A stretch of 64,000 nucleotides of DNA from Candidatus Nanoarchaeia archaeon (GCA_050292425.1 JBNKLP010000001.1:40075-104074), one strand, 5' to 3'; counted from the stretch's first letter, positions 46,404 to 57,435 are shown. The notes: a model not told the origin generated them from the letters alone. Translations and numbers: made by a program.

Positions 46404-48254
46404 TTATAATAGTAAACCAAGTAGTAATAAAACACTTGCAACAACAGCAAACACTCCTTCAGTACTCTTAATCCTATCCATAATCTCTGAAACAATCACT
46501 GCCTTTGATGAACCAGCACCGTCTACTTGCTGAGGGTCTAAACCTGTAATGAAAACATCCATTAAAGTATAATCTCCAAGACCAGTAACATTAAACTCAA
46601 CTGACCAAGTAGTATTCTCATTCATTGTTGGTCCTGGAGCAAATGATGTATTAAGTGCAGTATTTCCTATCAAAGCCCACTGGAACAAAGTTCCATTATA
46701 AGTTCCATTAATTGAAGTATTTGCTGAAGTCACAGTATACCAAGGAGATGCAGCATAACTTCTTGCAGTTCCATTAAATGTTGCATAAACAAAAGGACTT
46801 GTTATATTAAAATTTCCTGGAACAAAATCATAAATAGTAACTGCAGTATCTGCAGGAGTCACCTGATTTCCTTTATTATTAACATCAATCTCAACGTGAT
46901 ACTGATCTTGTGCAATTGAAGTAATATTCTTGTTAATTTCAAGCCAGTAACCTAAAATTAAATAAAGTTCCTTAATGTATATGTCATTTCCATTCTGAGT
47001 CACACTCCTGTCAACCAATTGAATACCATCATTTTGTATTGTGAAATTAACATCCATCCACACTATTGGAGAAGGAACATCCGAATAATTAAACAACCAC
47101 AAACTACTAGACCAAGGAGATGATGAATTAACCAAAACAAATGGACTTGTAGTTGTTGTCAGATTAATTGAAGTGTTGATTGAATCTGTATCAATAGTAT
47201 TAGGATCAGTATATGAACCATTCACATTCCTCTTAGAAACCCAGAAAGTAACACTAGTTAGATTATAAGAAATGTTCGTATTTGTATTAAAATAACCCTG
47301 AACACTCCAAGTCACATTACTTCCATACAAAGTTGCATGTGATGGAGCTACTATTTTTTTTTCAAAATCAAGATCCGCCTCACTAATTGCAGTAATGTCT
47401 ATCACCCTTAATTGTGAAATTGTCTGATTTAAATTATATTTCAAAGTTGTATTAATGAAATAATAATAAGTTGTTGCAGGAATATTCAATGGAGTTGTAA
47501 CATCATAATTAATATCAGTTGCTGAACCTTTATTCAAACATGTACCAGCATTAACATCCCATGCCAATCTCCTATTAGCATTGGCAAAACTCACATTAGT
47601 AGCATCTGTTCCTGCAAGAGTTGCTGGAACAAAGAAAAAATCTTGAAAAACTCCAGAAAAATTAACAGGAATAGTATTTTGGGTAATATTAATATTATAA
47701 ATACAAGTATTAGTTTGATATGAAGCATTGTCAAAAACATTCTGCAAAGTATCAGTCAAAGTCAAATTATCTCCAGCTAATACCTTAGTATCTGAATAAG
47801 CAGTTGTAAAATTTAAAGGAGGTCTTATACTAGTTGTATTTATTGAATAAGTCCAAACTGACTCTTCTCCAGTTCTAAGCTCAGGAATATGCAATATAAG
47901 ATTATTTGAAGAAGGATTACTTGAAATGAAAGTTCCATTTCTTCCAGAAGATAATGTTGGCAAAGTAATGTTTGTTGTGAAATCAAAAGAAACATAAATG
48001 TCAGACATTGTCTTTCCATTAAGATTCTCATTTGAAACATTAATATAACCAGTTAAAGTATAAACAGACTGATTCTCTGTAGTATCAGACCAAATCCCAT
48101 AACTAGCTCCCACATATTTCAATGGATCAACAATAACCTGCTGATCAACATATTCATCAATTGAAACTCTAATTTGCTCCTGAGTCGCATTAACAGCAGT
48201 TGTCAGAAACAAAACTGCAAAAAACGTCACAAGTATTTTTTTTACTAACTCCAT
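46404..48254 (-). CDS. Surface glycoprotein with signal peptide, many N-x-S/T sequons and C-terminal hydrophobic anchor
   Basis: N-terminal signal. About 60 sequons. C-terminal GVFAVVASVLLLLGLLL. Confidence 0.55.
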   Translation of the reverse strand: MELVKKILVTFFAVLFLTTAVNATQEQIRVSIDEYVDQQVIVDPLKYVGASYGIWSDTTENQSVYTLTGYINVSNENLNGKTMSDIYVSFDFTTNITLPTLSSGRNGTFISSNPSSNNLILHIPELRTGEESVWTYSINTTSIRPPLNFTTAYSDTKVLAGDNLTLTDTLQNVFDNASYQTNTCIYNINITQNTIPVNFSGVFQDFFFVPATLAGTDATNVSFANANRRLAWDVNAGTCLNKGSATDINYDVTTPLNIPATTYYYFINTTLKYNLNQTISQLRVIDITAISEADLDFEKKIVAPSHATLYGSNVTWSVQGYFNTNTNISYNLTSVTFWVSKRNVNGSYTDPNTIDTDSINTSINLTTTTSPFVLVNSSSPWSSSLWLFNYSDVPSPIVWMDVNFTIQNDGIQLVDRSVTQNGNDIYIKELYLILGYWLEINKNITSIAQDQYHVEIDVNNKGNQVTPADTAVTIYDFVPGNFNITSPFVYATFNGTARSYAASPWYTVTSANTSINGTYNGTLFQWALIGNTALNTSFAPGPTMNENTTWSVEFNVTGLGDYTLMDVFITGLDPQQVDGAGSSKAVIVSEIMDRIKSTEGVFAVVASVLLLLGLLL

Positions 48255-48320
48255 TTTACTATTTTAGATATACAAAACTACAACTCAAACAATTTAAATA
48301 TGTTTATTACCACTGCAGGG

Positions 48321-51300
48321 TCAATCAATCCCAACAGTAAACAAGTCAAGAACATTATAATTCCCACTGCCATTCATATTATAACTAATAAAAATACTCT
48401 CTGAAGAGTTCAAACTCAAATTCCAAGTTAAAAGATTTCCCACATAAATTGGGCCTGAAACTACACTAGAACCATTATTTGCAGTATTAAAATTATAATA
48501 AACAAAATTATTCTCAGCAAAATCATACAAAATATAATCTTGCCACTTTCCATTATTTGTCACATTAATATTAATCTTATAAGAATTTTCTCCCAAAGAA
48601 ACAATACCTTTACTCACATTAATGCTTTTATCAGGTAAAATACGAATTGAAACAGAAGCATTTGCAATATTGCCAACACTATCATTTCCAAACACAGTTA
48701 ATGTATGATAACCTCCACTAAGATTCAAAATAACTGCACTCCAATTCAAAACAGAATTATTACTCATCATATAATTTGTTCCATTCAAATCAATCTGATA
48801 CCAAGCAGAATCAACAGCAACATCTGTTGTTGCATTAAGTCCTATTACATCATCATATGCAAACTTGGTTCCACCCAAAGGACTTGTTATATTAATCACA
48901 GGCAAAGTTTTGTTTATATTTACTATTCTTTGTTCACTACAAGCCACATTATTAATTGAATCATTTGCACAAACCTTGTAAGTATAAGCTCCATTCAAAA
49001 GCATGCTCTTGTTAACTGAGCAACTATAATTATAAAGTCCTATGCTCGAGCAACCCAAAGATTCATTAATTCCATTCCACACAAGCCAAGCAGAATCCAA
49101 TGAAAAATCATAAACACTTGCATTAATATAAGTCCAATGCCTATCAACATACGAATTATTTCCATCAGTTGGAGGAATGAAATTAACAACAGGTGGTAAA
49201 AAATCAAATACAACTGTCCTTGTTTCAGTCACATTTACATTACCATAAGTATCATTCACATAAACCTTGTAAGTATAAATTCCTTCAAGTACAATTGTCT
49301 TGTTAAAATAGCAATAATAATCAGGTTTTGAACCAGTGCAAGTCATGCTTTGATTAACACCATCAAATTCCAAAACAGCTGAATCCAAGTTAATCTCAGA
49401 TACAGAAACATTAATCATAGTCCAATTATTTGTAGTTCCACTATTATTTGCAGGTGTTGGCAAAACAAAATCAACCAAAGGAGCAAATGTATCAGGAATT
49501 AACTTGAAGAATGAATAATTATAATTAGAATTATATGAACTCTTATTTTCAAATACAACAACTGAATAATTCCCAACATTTTGTGAAGTACTATCCCAAA
49601 CCCAATTTGTAAAACCAGTAAAATCAGTAATTTTCACTGGAGAAGTTGTAATATATGACATTTGAGAAGAAACAGATCCTGTTGAAGAAACTGAAAAATT
49701 AACCTGTTCAGGCACTGAAACCCAATCAATCCAACCTTTATCAAGACCTGTGCTTACTCCGCCATCCTTTGCATACATAAAACGAATTGTATGTGCTCCA
49801 GGAGTCAAGGAATATGTCTTTAATTGCCAATCAACATTTCCTGAAATTCTATCTGTTCCAGTATCTGTATATACACTACAACTAGCAGCAGCAATATCAA
49901 GACAAAACACAAGATAATCCCAGCCTGCTTCCGAATCAACTTTCCAATAAAAAGACAAAGTCTCACTTTGATTTACTGTGAAAGAAGCGTCCAAAAATGC
50001 CTCATCATCATTTCCACAATTTGAAGAAGGTCCATCTCCAATCTGAACTGCCTGAGATCCTTCATAAAAATAAGTACTCTGAAGAAAAATAGTCTGTGCA
50101 GCGGTACCACTACATCCATTATTTGTTCTCGTCCAAAGTCCTGTATCAAGTGATGCTTGCTCAAACCTATCAAAAATGGGCAAAACCTTGTCTTGCTGAC
50201 TCATAGCTGAAACAGAGGAATTTCCATAATACAATGCAAACTTCCTTTCCTCATCTGCAAACAAATCTGCAAGCCTAATATAAATATTAGTACTTGCCGT
50301 ATTACACCCACTCACAATCCAGTAATCATACATAACTCCATCATTATCAACAAATCTCATGTCAGCGCAAGTTGCTTGCATATCTCCTGCCCCAATCAAA
50401 GTTGCAGTATCAACGGTCAAATTTACAATGACATCAGTCTGATCAATTCCAGTAAGTTCAAAAACATCAAATTCTTTTCTCTTCCCAAACCCACTAAGTT
50501 GCCAAGGTAAAGTTGCATTATCTGCTCCCTCATTTTCTATAACATAATAAGTTTGGTTCGCACCATCTAAAGGCGACCAAAACTTATCCCCAACATATCC
50601 ATCAAAACTAATATCTTCCCCAACAACATAACTTGAATTTGCAGACACATTTGTTGTGGTGTCAAACGAGATTTCAACCTCTAAAGTTCTAGTCTCACTA
50701 GTGTCCGAATTTCCTGCAATAGAGTCATCAACACATAAGATATACCAATTATAGATTCCAACTCCCAATGTCAAATTAAAAACATTCTCCAATCCATTTG
50801 AAACTGAACTTGAGGATTTCTGCAAAACTCCTCCCACATAAAGTGAACAATAATCAATATTTGAGATAACATCATATGGAACATACCTAAAATAAATCAA
50901 TCCATCAGCATCCTTTGAATTATTCTTTGGACTAATCAGACTAATACTAGGAGGAGTTGTATCTGGAGAAACATTCAAATAAAAATAGCCTCCGTCTCCT
51001 ACATAATGATCATCTGAACCATCAACACATTCAACAGTCCAGTTATAATAATTATAAGGCATCGAAAACAAACTAAAATTTTGATCAACTCCTTTTGAAA
51101 CTGAACTATCTGTTTCATTCAAAACACCATTCAAATACAAAGAACAATTATCAATACTGCTCTCATCACTAACATTGTATACAAAAACCACATCCCCATC
51201 AACATCATATGAATTGTTCAAAGGAGTTTTCAAAGTCACAACTGGTGCAATAAAATCATAATTTACTGTAAAATTAAAAATGCTGGAATTTCCAGAATTA

Positions 51301-54300
51301 GAAAAAGGCGCTGTATCAGTACATTCAACATTCCAATCATAATTTCCTTGAGAAATACCATACAAATAAAAATAATTACTTGAAACTTCTGAAATTGAAT
51401 TATTAGTTTGATTCAAAACTCCATTCAAATACAAAGAACAACTTGCAACAGTATAACCATAATCATCAGCAGTATACTCAAACACAACATCTCCATTAGT
51501 ATCCAGACTATTATTGGCAGGAGAAATTAAAGTAATTGCAGGAGGAGTTGTATCAATTTTAATAGTCACATTTCTTGTCACTGACCAACCTATATTTGGT
51601 GTAGAATAATTATCCCAACAGGAAACATTCCAAAAATAAGAAACACCTGTCAGCAACCCTGGAACAAAAAATGAAGTTAAAGCTCCTTCAATCATACTCG
51701 AATTAGTCTGATTCAAAACTCCATCAATATATAATGAACAATTGCTCAACCCCACAAGTTCATCAGTTGCATTAAAAACAAAAGTCACATTTCCATCTGG
51801 ATCCTCAACATCATCAGGAGGAGAAATCAGATTAATAATAGGACCATCAGTATCTGGAGCAACATTCAAACTCAGATTCTCAGACATGACAAAATTATTA
51901 TTAACTGAATCATCATAGCATCCAATTGACCAATTATATACCGCAAAAGGCATTCCTAAAAGATTAATTGTATTTGAACCAAGCTCAGAAATAACAACTT
52001 CTGTTTTATTTAGAACTCCATTAACATACAAAGAACAATTTGTAACTCCCGAATATGAATCAACAACATCAAATACAAAATCAACATTTCCATCAATATC
52101 CTGAGAATTATTTGCAGGTGAAATCAGCACTATGCTTGGAGCAGTATTATCCAAAACCACCAAATCTGCAGAAATATTATAATCAGTAAAAGATGCATAA
52201 TAAAAATCAGCTATTGAATCAACAACACTGCAAGTAACATTATAAACCCCAGGATTTGCATAAGTTTTATTGAAAAAAGCATATCCTGTAGAATTAGTTC
52301 TTGAATACCCTAAATATCCTGAAACATTATCATAAAAATTTACCCTAACATTATCAGCTCCTATTCCCAAAGCCTCATTTTGCACAAAACAAGAAATGGT
52401 AGTCAAACTATCTTCATTAACAGGATTTGCAGAAAAAACAATTGAAGAGAGATTTGCATAATCATACAAATTAAAACTAACTGTTGAAGTAACTCCAAAA
52501 ATTCCTATGTCCTCTGCATAAAACTTCAATAAAATATTTCCCACTGTTGAGAACTCTGCAACATCTGAGGTATTCAAAGTATAATTAGCCCAGGCAAAAG
52601 AAACAGGACTTGCAGAATAATTCACAAAAGATCCATTTCCTTTATGTGAAATAAATGCAGACTCCAACCCATCAGTATAATTCCAAAAAGAATATGCTAA
52701 TACTTTCCCTCCTCTAATTACATTCGAAACATTCACACCAACTAATTCAGGATTAGGGGCAAGTCTATCTAAAATAGTAACATTAAATTCAGTTGCATTA
52801 ATACCATTATCTGGTTCAGACAAAATATTTCCATTAACTAAAACAGGATAAATAGAACCCACACTCCCTGTTGCATTAATGTAAAATGTAACAACCTGAG
52901 ATTGACCATTATTCAAACTGATTGTTTGTGGATTTGAAGAATTTGTCCACAAAGGAGATGACGAGATTATAGGCATCTTTTCAAAAACATAATTACTAAT
53001 AGAAACATTAAAATCATCAATGGCAACATCCCCTCTATATGATCCAATGGCATAATACTCATACCTGAATCGAGTGCTAATAGTTCCAGAATATGAACTC
53101 AAATCCACAGTTCCTTGCAAATATGCATCTCCTTGATTTGCCTGCTGTTGGCCACTTACACCCCAAACTCCCAAATTCCAATCAGTTCCATTATAAACAT
53201 CAACAAACAAATCTCCCATCTCTCCAGCAGCATTTCCAAACATATGATACCAAAAAGTCATAGAACCTCCTGCATCACCTGCTGAAAAAGTAGGTCCCGT
53301 AAGAGTTGCAGTTGTATCTCCTCCATCACAAAATCCTGCAGAAGTTTCTACATAGGCATACCACCCAGCAGCTGTTCCCAAAGTATGATCTACTGTTGGT
53401 CCTGTCTGACCTGAAGGAGTACCTGCCTGATCTCTAGTCCAATCACAGCTTCCTCCATCTACACTCCAATCCCCAAAACTACTCTCCAAATCTTCAAAAT
53501 CAACTAAAGAACTCATAGTTCCAGTTTTTGAAAAAAGCGTAAGATTAATACTACCACAATTCTGCTCATAACAAGTCACATTAACTTCAAGCTTTCTTGA
53601 ATTATTCTGTTTTATATAAAAAGGATCTGCAAAATCTCCAACATAATCCAAAATAACATAAGGGGCACTCACATTCAAAGTCCAATTAGCTCCCAAGAAT
53701 GCTTCATTCTCAGAAACATCTCTCACCAAAACATTCCACTCAAGCAACCCTGCAACAGGCACAGTATAATTAATTTGAATATTCTCAAAAGTAGAATTCC
53801 CTAAATACTGGGTCTGTGTTCCAACTAAAGAACCATCCTTCCATACATAAAGTGTAGCTCTTTCAACCCCATAATCATCTGTCGCATTTGCAGTAAATGA
53901 AATATTCTTGTAAGTTAAAGTTGAACCACTTGAGGGTGCAATCTTGCTTCCACTTGGAGGATTCCCATCAACAATGAAAATTATTTTATCATTACTATGT
54001 GAAACAACTGCTGCTGCACTTGCACTTTGCGCTTGAACATAAATCTTTATTTTATCTCCAACATTCCCTGTTGCATTCAGACTAAAATTAATAATTTGAT
54101 TTGTATTCTGATTCAAATTCACTTGCTGCATCTGCGAACCAACAATCCAAAACGGAGTCGAAGACACATTATCAATCTGAAAACCTCTATCTCCTGTCAG
54201 ATTAATACTATCAAAATACATACCATCAGTTCCACAAACATAGTTGTCATACTGAGTAAACTTAATTGCAAAATTATCATCCAAATAAGAACAAAAATTA

Positions 54301-56288
54301 GGATCGGCAGTAATATCTACAACTCTATTGTACCAAGTATTATCAGTTAAAGATGCAGGATTATAATAATCTAGTTCATACCACTGATTTCCATCACATG
54401 TAAAAAAAGTCCCTTCCCCATTACATGTATCTCCCGTATGATCTCCACATTGATTACTTTCATCTGCAGTATCTGAAACCATGGCATCAATACCTTGCAA
54501 TCTAAAATGCCTAAAATCATAAACACTCTTCAAAACTGATGTCTCATAATTACCATTTAAATTTGAATCAAATCCAATAAAATAAGTTCCTGAACTTGGG
54601 TTCATACCACAAGTTCCTGCTGTCATAAATTGCTGCCTTGCAAACCCATTTGAACTAATAAAATTCCAAAATGATGTATTTAGACTTCCTGCCTCAAACC
54701 CTTCAAAAAAAGAATACCCTTCTACAAGATAATACACCGTCACATTAATATTACCACAATTTCCTGTATTATCACAACTAACATTTACACTTACATTCCC
54801 AATATTATTCTGAAAAATCTTCTGCTGAGAATAATTTGTCAAATCAACATCAAACACATACCCTGCGCCCACTCCTGCATATGCACTAAAATGAGTTACA
54901 TTAAACCAAACAAACTCTCCATTTTGCTCAAACTCAACTCCAGCATCAGTCCATGAACCAAGACATTTTCCATTCAAAATATTATTACATGTCAATATCT
55001 TCTCAACATCGTCTGGCAAATCCTTCTTCAAATAAACAACTGCATTCGAAAAATTAGAAGCTTCAACTATAACAACCTCAGTTTTAACATCTCCTCCAAA
55101 ATTCCTATTTGCAGACTTGAAATCCTTGCTATTCATCACATCAAACTTTTTTACATCATTAAGATTTGAATTTTCAAATTCAACATTTGAATATCTTTTT
55201 TTCAAAGAAACATCTTCACGCCCGTTACTCTTCTTAACATATTTATCCACACTAACACTTAAATTCTCTTCAATATCAACCAGTCTTTGAGGCTTTCTGA
55301 ATGAAACATTGTAAACTTCTGGATTCAAATTATAATGTTTGTAAAACTCAGAAAGTTCATCTTTACTTGAAATCACTTGCCTAACCCTATTATTATTTCC
55401 GCTAATCCCATTTCTTCCCAAATTAAAAAGATTCATTGGAAGTATAGTAATATTCTCATCAAATGAATTCTTCTCCACTTCAAACTCAAATGCCTCACCC
55501 AGAACAATCTCCTTAGGAAAAGTTGAGATTTTCATCTTTCTACCTGTCTCATCACTAACAAATACTCCTTGTTCTTTCAAACTTGTATCCAAAACTTCAT
55601 TCCAATCTAAAATCTCTTCATTCATAGAAACAACCTTAAAAGTTTTCTCAAAACTATCAACACTTGAATAAACCTGCATCACATAATCTCCAAGAAAAAT
55701 ATTTGATTTCAGTTCAAAATTAAAATCACAAATCCCTCCCTGACAACTCAACTCGAAAACTTCTCTATATTCATCATTACCTTTAGGCAATATGTGAAAA
55801 ATATACTTGCTTCCCATTGAAGGGTCTGCTGTTAGCTTTCCAGAAACAAACAAGGACGAATTTGATTCAAGAACATAAAAAGGCTTTATGTCAACTCCAA
55901 AATTTGAATCTGGTTTCTCAAGATTAAAGTTCAATCTCTTCTCATAATACTTTCCAGTATGTTTTGTTCTTATAAGAACATAATAATCATCAAAAAACAC
56001 TCTTCTAAGTTCAATCTTTGTCTCACATACCCTCGAACACTTTATCCTGTCATCCCCAACAATCAGATTCTCTTTTTCATAAACTATCTCAATTTCCAAA
56101 TCCAACTCATCATCAACATGATTTTCAATTTCAAGTATAACTGAATATGGTGCCTTCACATTATTCACATAAGTAATCTTTGCATCAAAAATACCATCTG
56201 AAGTCAAATAAGTCACAGCAGATAGAGAACTCACTAAAAATAGTACAAACAATGCTAAAAACCATTTATCTTCTGCTGGAAATTTCAT
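48321..56288 (-). CDS. Giant surface protein (2655 aa): signal peptide, MAM-like domain, YYGN (DUF2341-like) module, at least six tandem ~88-aa Ig-like repeats, two ~95-aa repeats
   Basis: A continuous 7968-nt ORF. MAM-like segment: CDWTRDQ...DHTLGTAAGWYAYVE...MTFWYHMFG...GDVAIDDF. Repeat unit: [TA]PxI.LISPxNNSxDxDGxVxFx[YF]...CSLY[LV]NGVLNxT. YYGN module: FALYYGNSS. Confidence 0.65.
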   Translation of the reverse strand: MKFPAEDKWFLALFVLFLVSSLSAVTYLTSDGIFDAKITYVNNVKAPYSVILEIENHVDDELDLEIEIVYEKENLIVGDDRIKCSRVCETKIELRRVFFDDYYVLIRTKHTGKYYEKRLNFNLEKPDSNFGVDIKPFYVLESNSSLFVSGKLTADPSMGSKYIFHILPKGNDEYREVFELSCQGGICDFNFELKSNIFLGDYVMQVYSSVDSFEKTFKVVSMNEEILDWNEVLDTSLKEQGVFVSDETGRKMKISTFPKEIVLGEAFEFEVEKNSFDENITILPMNLFNLGRNGISGNNNRVRQVISSKDELSEFYKHYNLNPEVYNVSFRKPQRLVDIEENLSVSVDKYVKKSNGREDVSLKKRYSNVEFENSNLNDVKKFDVMNSKDFKSANRNFGGDVKTEVVIVEASNFSNAVVYLKKDLPDDVEKILTCNNILNGKCLGSWTDAGVEFEQNGEFVWFNVTHFSAYAGVGAGYVFDVDLTNYSQQKIFQNNIGNVSVNVSCDNTGNCGNINVTVYYLVEGYSFFEGFEAGSLNTSFWNFISSNGFARQQFMTAGTCGMNPSSGTYFIGFDSNLNGNYETSVLKSVYDFRHFRLQGIDAMVSDTADESNQCGDHTGDTCNGEGTFFTCDGNQWYELDYYNPASLTDNTWYNRVVDITADPNFCSYLDDNFAIKFTQYDNYVCGTDGMYFDSINLTGDRGFQIDNVSSTPFWIVGSQMQQVNLNQNTNQIINFSLNATGNVGDKIKIYVQAQSASAAAVVSHSNDKIIFIVDGNPPSGSKIAPSSGSTLTYKNISFTANATDDYGVERATLYVWKDGSLVGTQTQYLGNSTFENIQINYTVPVAGLLEWNVLVRDVSENEAFLGANWTLNVSAPYVILDYVGDFADPFYIKQNNSRKLEVNVTCYEQNCGSINLTLFSKTGTMSSLVDFEDLESSFGDWSVDGGSCDWTRDQAGTPSGQTGPTVDHTLGTAAGWYAYVETSAGFCDGGDTTATLTGPTFSAGDAGGSMTFWYHMFGNAAGEMGDLFVDVYNGTDWNLGVWGVSGQQQANQGDAYLQGTVDLSSYSGTISTRFRYEYYAIGSYRGDVAIDDFNVSISNYVFEKMPIISSSPLWTNSSNPQTISLNNGQSQVVTFYINATGSVGSIYPVLVNGNILSEPDNGINATEFNVTILDRLAPNPELVGVNVSNVIRGGKVLAYSFWNYTDGLESAFISHKGNGSFVNYSASPVSFAWANYTLNTSDVAEFSTVGNILLKFYAEDIGIFGVTSTVSFNLYDYANLSSIVFSANPVNEDSLTTISCFVQNEALGIGADNVRVNFYDNVSGYLGYSRTNSTGYAFFNKTYANPGVYNVTCSVVDSIADFYYASFTDYNISADLVVLDNTAPSIVLISPANNSQDIDGNVDFVFDVVDSYSGVTNCSLYVNGVLNKTEVVISELGSNTINLLGMPFAVYNWSIGCYDDSVNNNFVMSENLSLNVAPDTDGPIINLISPPDDVEDPDGNVTFVFNATDELVGLSNCSLYIDGVLNQTNSSMIEGALTSFFVPGLLTGVSYFWNVSCWDNYSTPNIGWSVTRNVTIKIDTTPPAITLISPANNSLDTNGDVVFEYTADDYGYTVASCSLYLNGVLNQTNNSISEVSSNYFYLYGISQGNYDWNVECTDTAPFSNSGNSSIFNFTVNYDFIAPVVTLKTPLNNSYDVDGDVVFVYNVSDESSIDNCSLYLNGVLNETDSSVSKGVDQNFSLFSMPYNYYNWTVECVDGSDDHYVGDGGYFYLNVSPDTTPPSISLISPKNNSKDADGLIYFRYVPYDVISNIDYCSLYVGGVLQKSSSSVSNGLENVFNLTLGVGIYNWYILCVDDSIAGNSDTSETRTLEVEISFDTTTNVSANSSYVVGEDISFDGYVGDKFWSPLDGANQTYYVIENEGADNATLPWQLSGFGKRKEFDVFELTGIDQTDVIVNLTVDTATLIGAGDMQATCADMRFVDNDGVMYDYWIVSGCNTASTNIYIRLADLFADEERKFALYYGNSSVSAMSQQDKVLPIFDRFEQASLDTGLWTRTNNGCSGTAAQTIFLQSTYFYEGSQAVQIGDGPSSNCGNDDEAFLDASFTVNQSETLSFYWKVDSEAGWDYLVFCLDIAAASCSVYTDTGTDRISGNVDWQLKTYSLTPGAHTIRFMYAKDGGVSTGLDKGWIDWVSVPEQVNFSVSSTGSVSSQMSYITTSPVKITDFTGFTNWVWDSTSQNVGNYSVVVFENKSSYNSNYNYSFFKLIPDTFAPLVDFVLPTPANNSGTTNNWTMINVSVSEINLDSAVLEFDGVNQSMTCTGSKPDYYCYFNKTIVLEGIYTYKVYVNDTYGNVNVTETRTVVFDFLPPVVNFIPPTDGNNSYVDRHWTYINASVYDFSLDSAWLVWNGINESLGCSSIGLYNYSCSVNKSMLLNGAYTYKVCANDSINNVACSEQRIVNINKTLPVINITSPLGGTKFAYDDVIGLNATTDVAVDSAWYQIDLNGTNYMMSNNSVLNWSAVILNLSGGYHTLTVFGNDSVGNIANASVSIRILPDKSINVSKGIVSLGENSYKININVTNNGKWQDYILYDFAENNFVYYNFNTANNGSSVVSGPIYVGNLLTWNLSLNSSESIFISYNMNGSGNYNVLDLFTVGID

Positions 56289-56346
56289 ACTAAGTATGAA
56301 ATTAGACTTTTACTTTATAAAAATTAGGTATCTATGGAAAGGAGTG

Positions 56347-56820
56347 TCAACTTGCACTTCCAAGTTTGACCTTAATCTTTTCTGCCAAACTTTCAAGTTC
56401 TGCACTCGACAATTTACTTCCCTGCAAATCAAAATCAAGCCCGTCATCATCATACCTAGGAATAACATGAATCATGAAATGTTGAGACTGCTGGCCTGCA
56501 GCTCCCCCATTTGCCATAAAAACAGTAACATCCTTGCAATCAAAACTTGTCTTTAACAAATCACTTAGATACTTTGAAATAACACTCAAATGTCCCAAAA
56601 CTTCATCAGGAACCATAGGCATCATCATATAATGTTCCTTTGGCATTAAAAGCAAATGCCCAGTAGTTGCAGGATTAATATCTAAAATTGCAAGACAAAT
56701 ATCATCCTCAAAAACCTTCTTTGCAGGTATTTCCCCTTTAACAATCTTACAAAAAATGCAATTTTCTTTCATCAATTCGATTCTTTTTTTAATCTCTTCC
56801 TCAGAAAGTTGCTCTGCCAT
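56347..56820 (-). CDS. HIT-family (HINT-like) protein with non-canonical triad H-F-M-I-H
   Basis: CIFCKIVKGEIPAKKVFEDD...HLLLMPKEH...VFMANGGAAGQQSQHFMIHVIPR aligns along its full length with HINT. The central His of HxHxH is Met. Confidence 0.7.
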   Translation of the reverse strand: MAEQLSEEEIKKRIELMKENCIFCKIVKGEIPAKKVFEDDICLAILDINPATTGHLLLMPKEHYMMMPMVPDEVLGHLSVISKYLSDLLKTSFDCKDVTVFMANGGAAGQQSQHFMIHVIPRYDDDGLDFDLQGSKLSSAELESLAEKIKVKLGSAS

Positions 56821-56883
56821 AATATAAACTCAAAAGATGACTATTTAAATATTTTGTCTTGATTTAAGAGTTAAAAGAAAAAA

Positions 56884-57354
56884 TTACTTGAATTTAGACA
56901 TACATTTAGCACAAATGTGAACATTTTCACCCTTGTAAAAAGCTGCAATCAAAGGAAACTCCAAATCAGTTGCACTGCAATTAAAACACACTTTTTGTTT
57001 ATAAGTGTCAGATGAATCAAACATCCCAGCAGCAGACAAATTATCACTGCTCTCCGTTAGTCCAAGCTCTTCCCTTGCCTCAGCAGAAACCCTTTCCGGA
57101 CTCCACAAAGGCTCAAAAGTAAGTTCAATTTCAACAGACTTCACACCATCAACTCCCCTTACTGCATCTTCAATCATTTCCTTGATATAATCAGCAGTTG
57201 GACAAGTAGGAGATGTCAAAGTCATCAAAATCTTAATACCACCATCATCTCTTATATTAATTTCATAAATCAATCCCAAATCATAAACATTAATTGGAAT
57301 CTCTGGATCATAAACATCCCTTAGAGCTTCAACAATTTGCTTTTCCTCAACCAT
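56884..57354 (-). CDS. DUF59/MIP18-family Fe-S cluster assembly protein with C-terminal C4 zinc ribbon
   Basis: VYDPEIPINVYDLGLIY...TSPTCP is the DUF59 core. C-terminal CFNCS...CAKC. Confidence 0.7.
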   Translation of the reverse strand: MVEEKQIVEALRDVYDPEIPINVYDLGLIYEINIRDDGGIKILMTLTSPTCPTADYIKEMIEDAVRGVDGVKSVEIELTFEPLWSPERVSAEAREELGLTESSDNLSAAGMFDSSDTYKQKVCFNCSATDLEFPLIAAFYKGENVHICAKCMSKFK

Positions 57355-57435
57355 AGAAAATATTAACGATTGTTAATATATAAATGTTCTCAAACAAAAA
57401 CCTTTTTATATACCCAAATACATTTCAATTCTAAG

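Noticed and set aside
43978-48254. Possible PGF-CTERM/archaeosortase sorting signals on the C-terminal anchors of the surface proteins
   Set aside because: The C-termini are hydrophobic, but no Pro-Gly-Phe motif precedes them, so a PGF-CTERM assignment is not supported by the sequence.
50600-52150. Tandem DNA repeats that might be mistaken for a CRISPR-like or satellite array
   Set aside because: They are in-frame, protein-coding ~264-bp repeats inside the giant surface protein ORF, with divergent sequences and no short direct-repeat/spacer organisation. No CRISPR array is present in the window.
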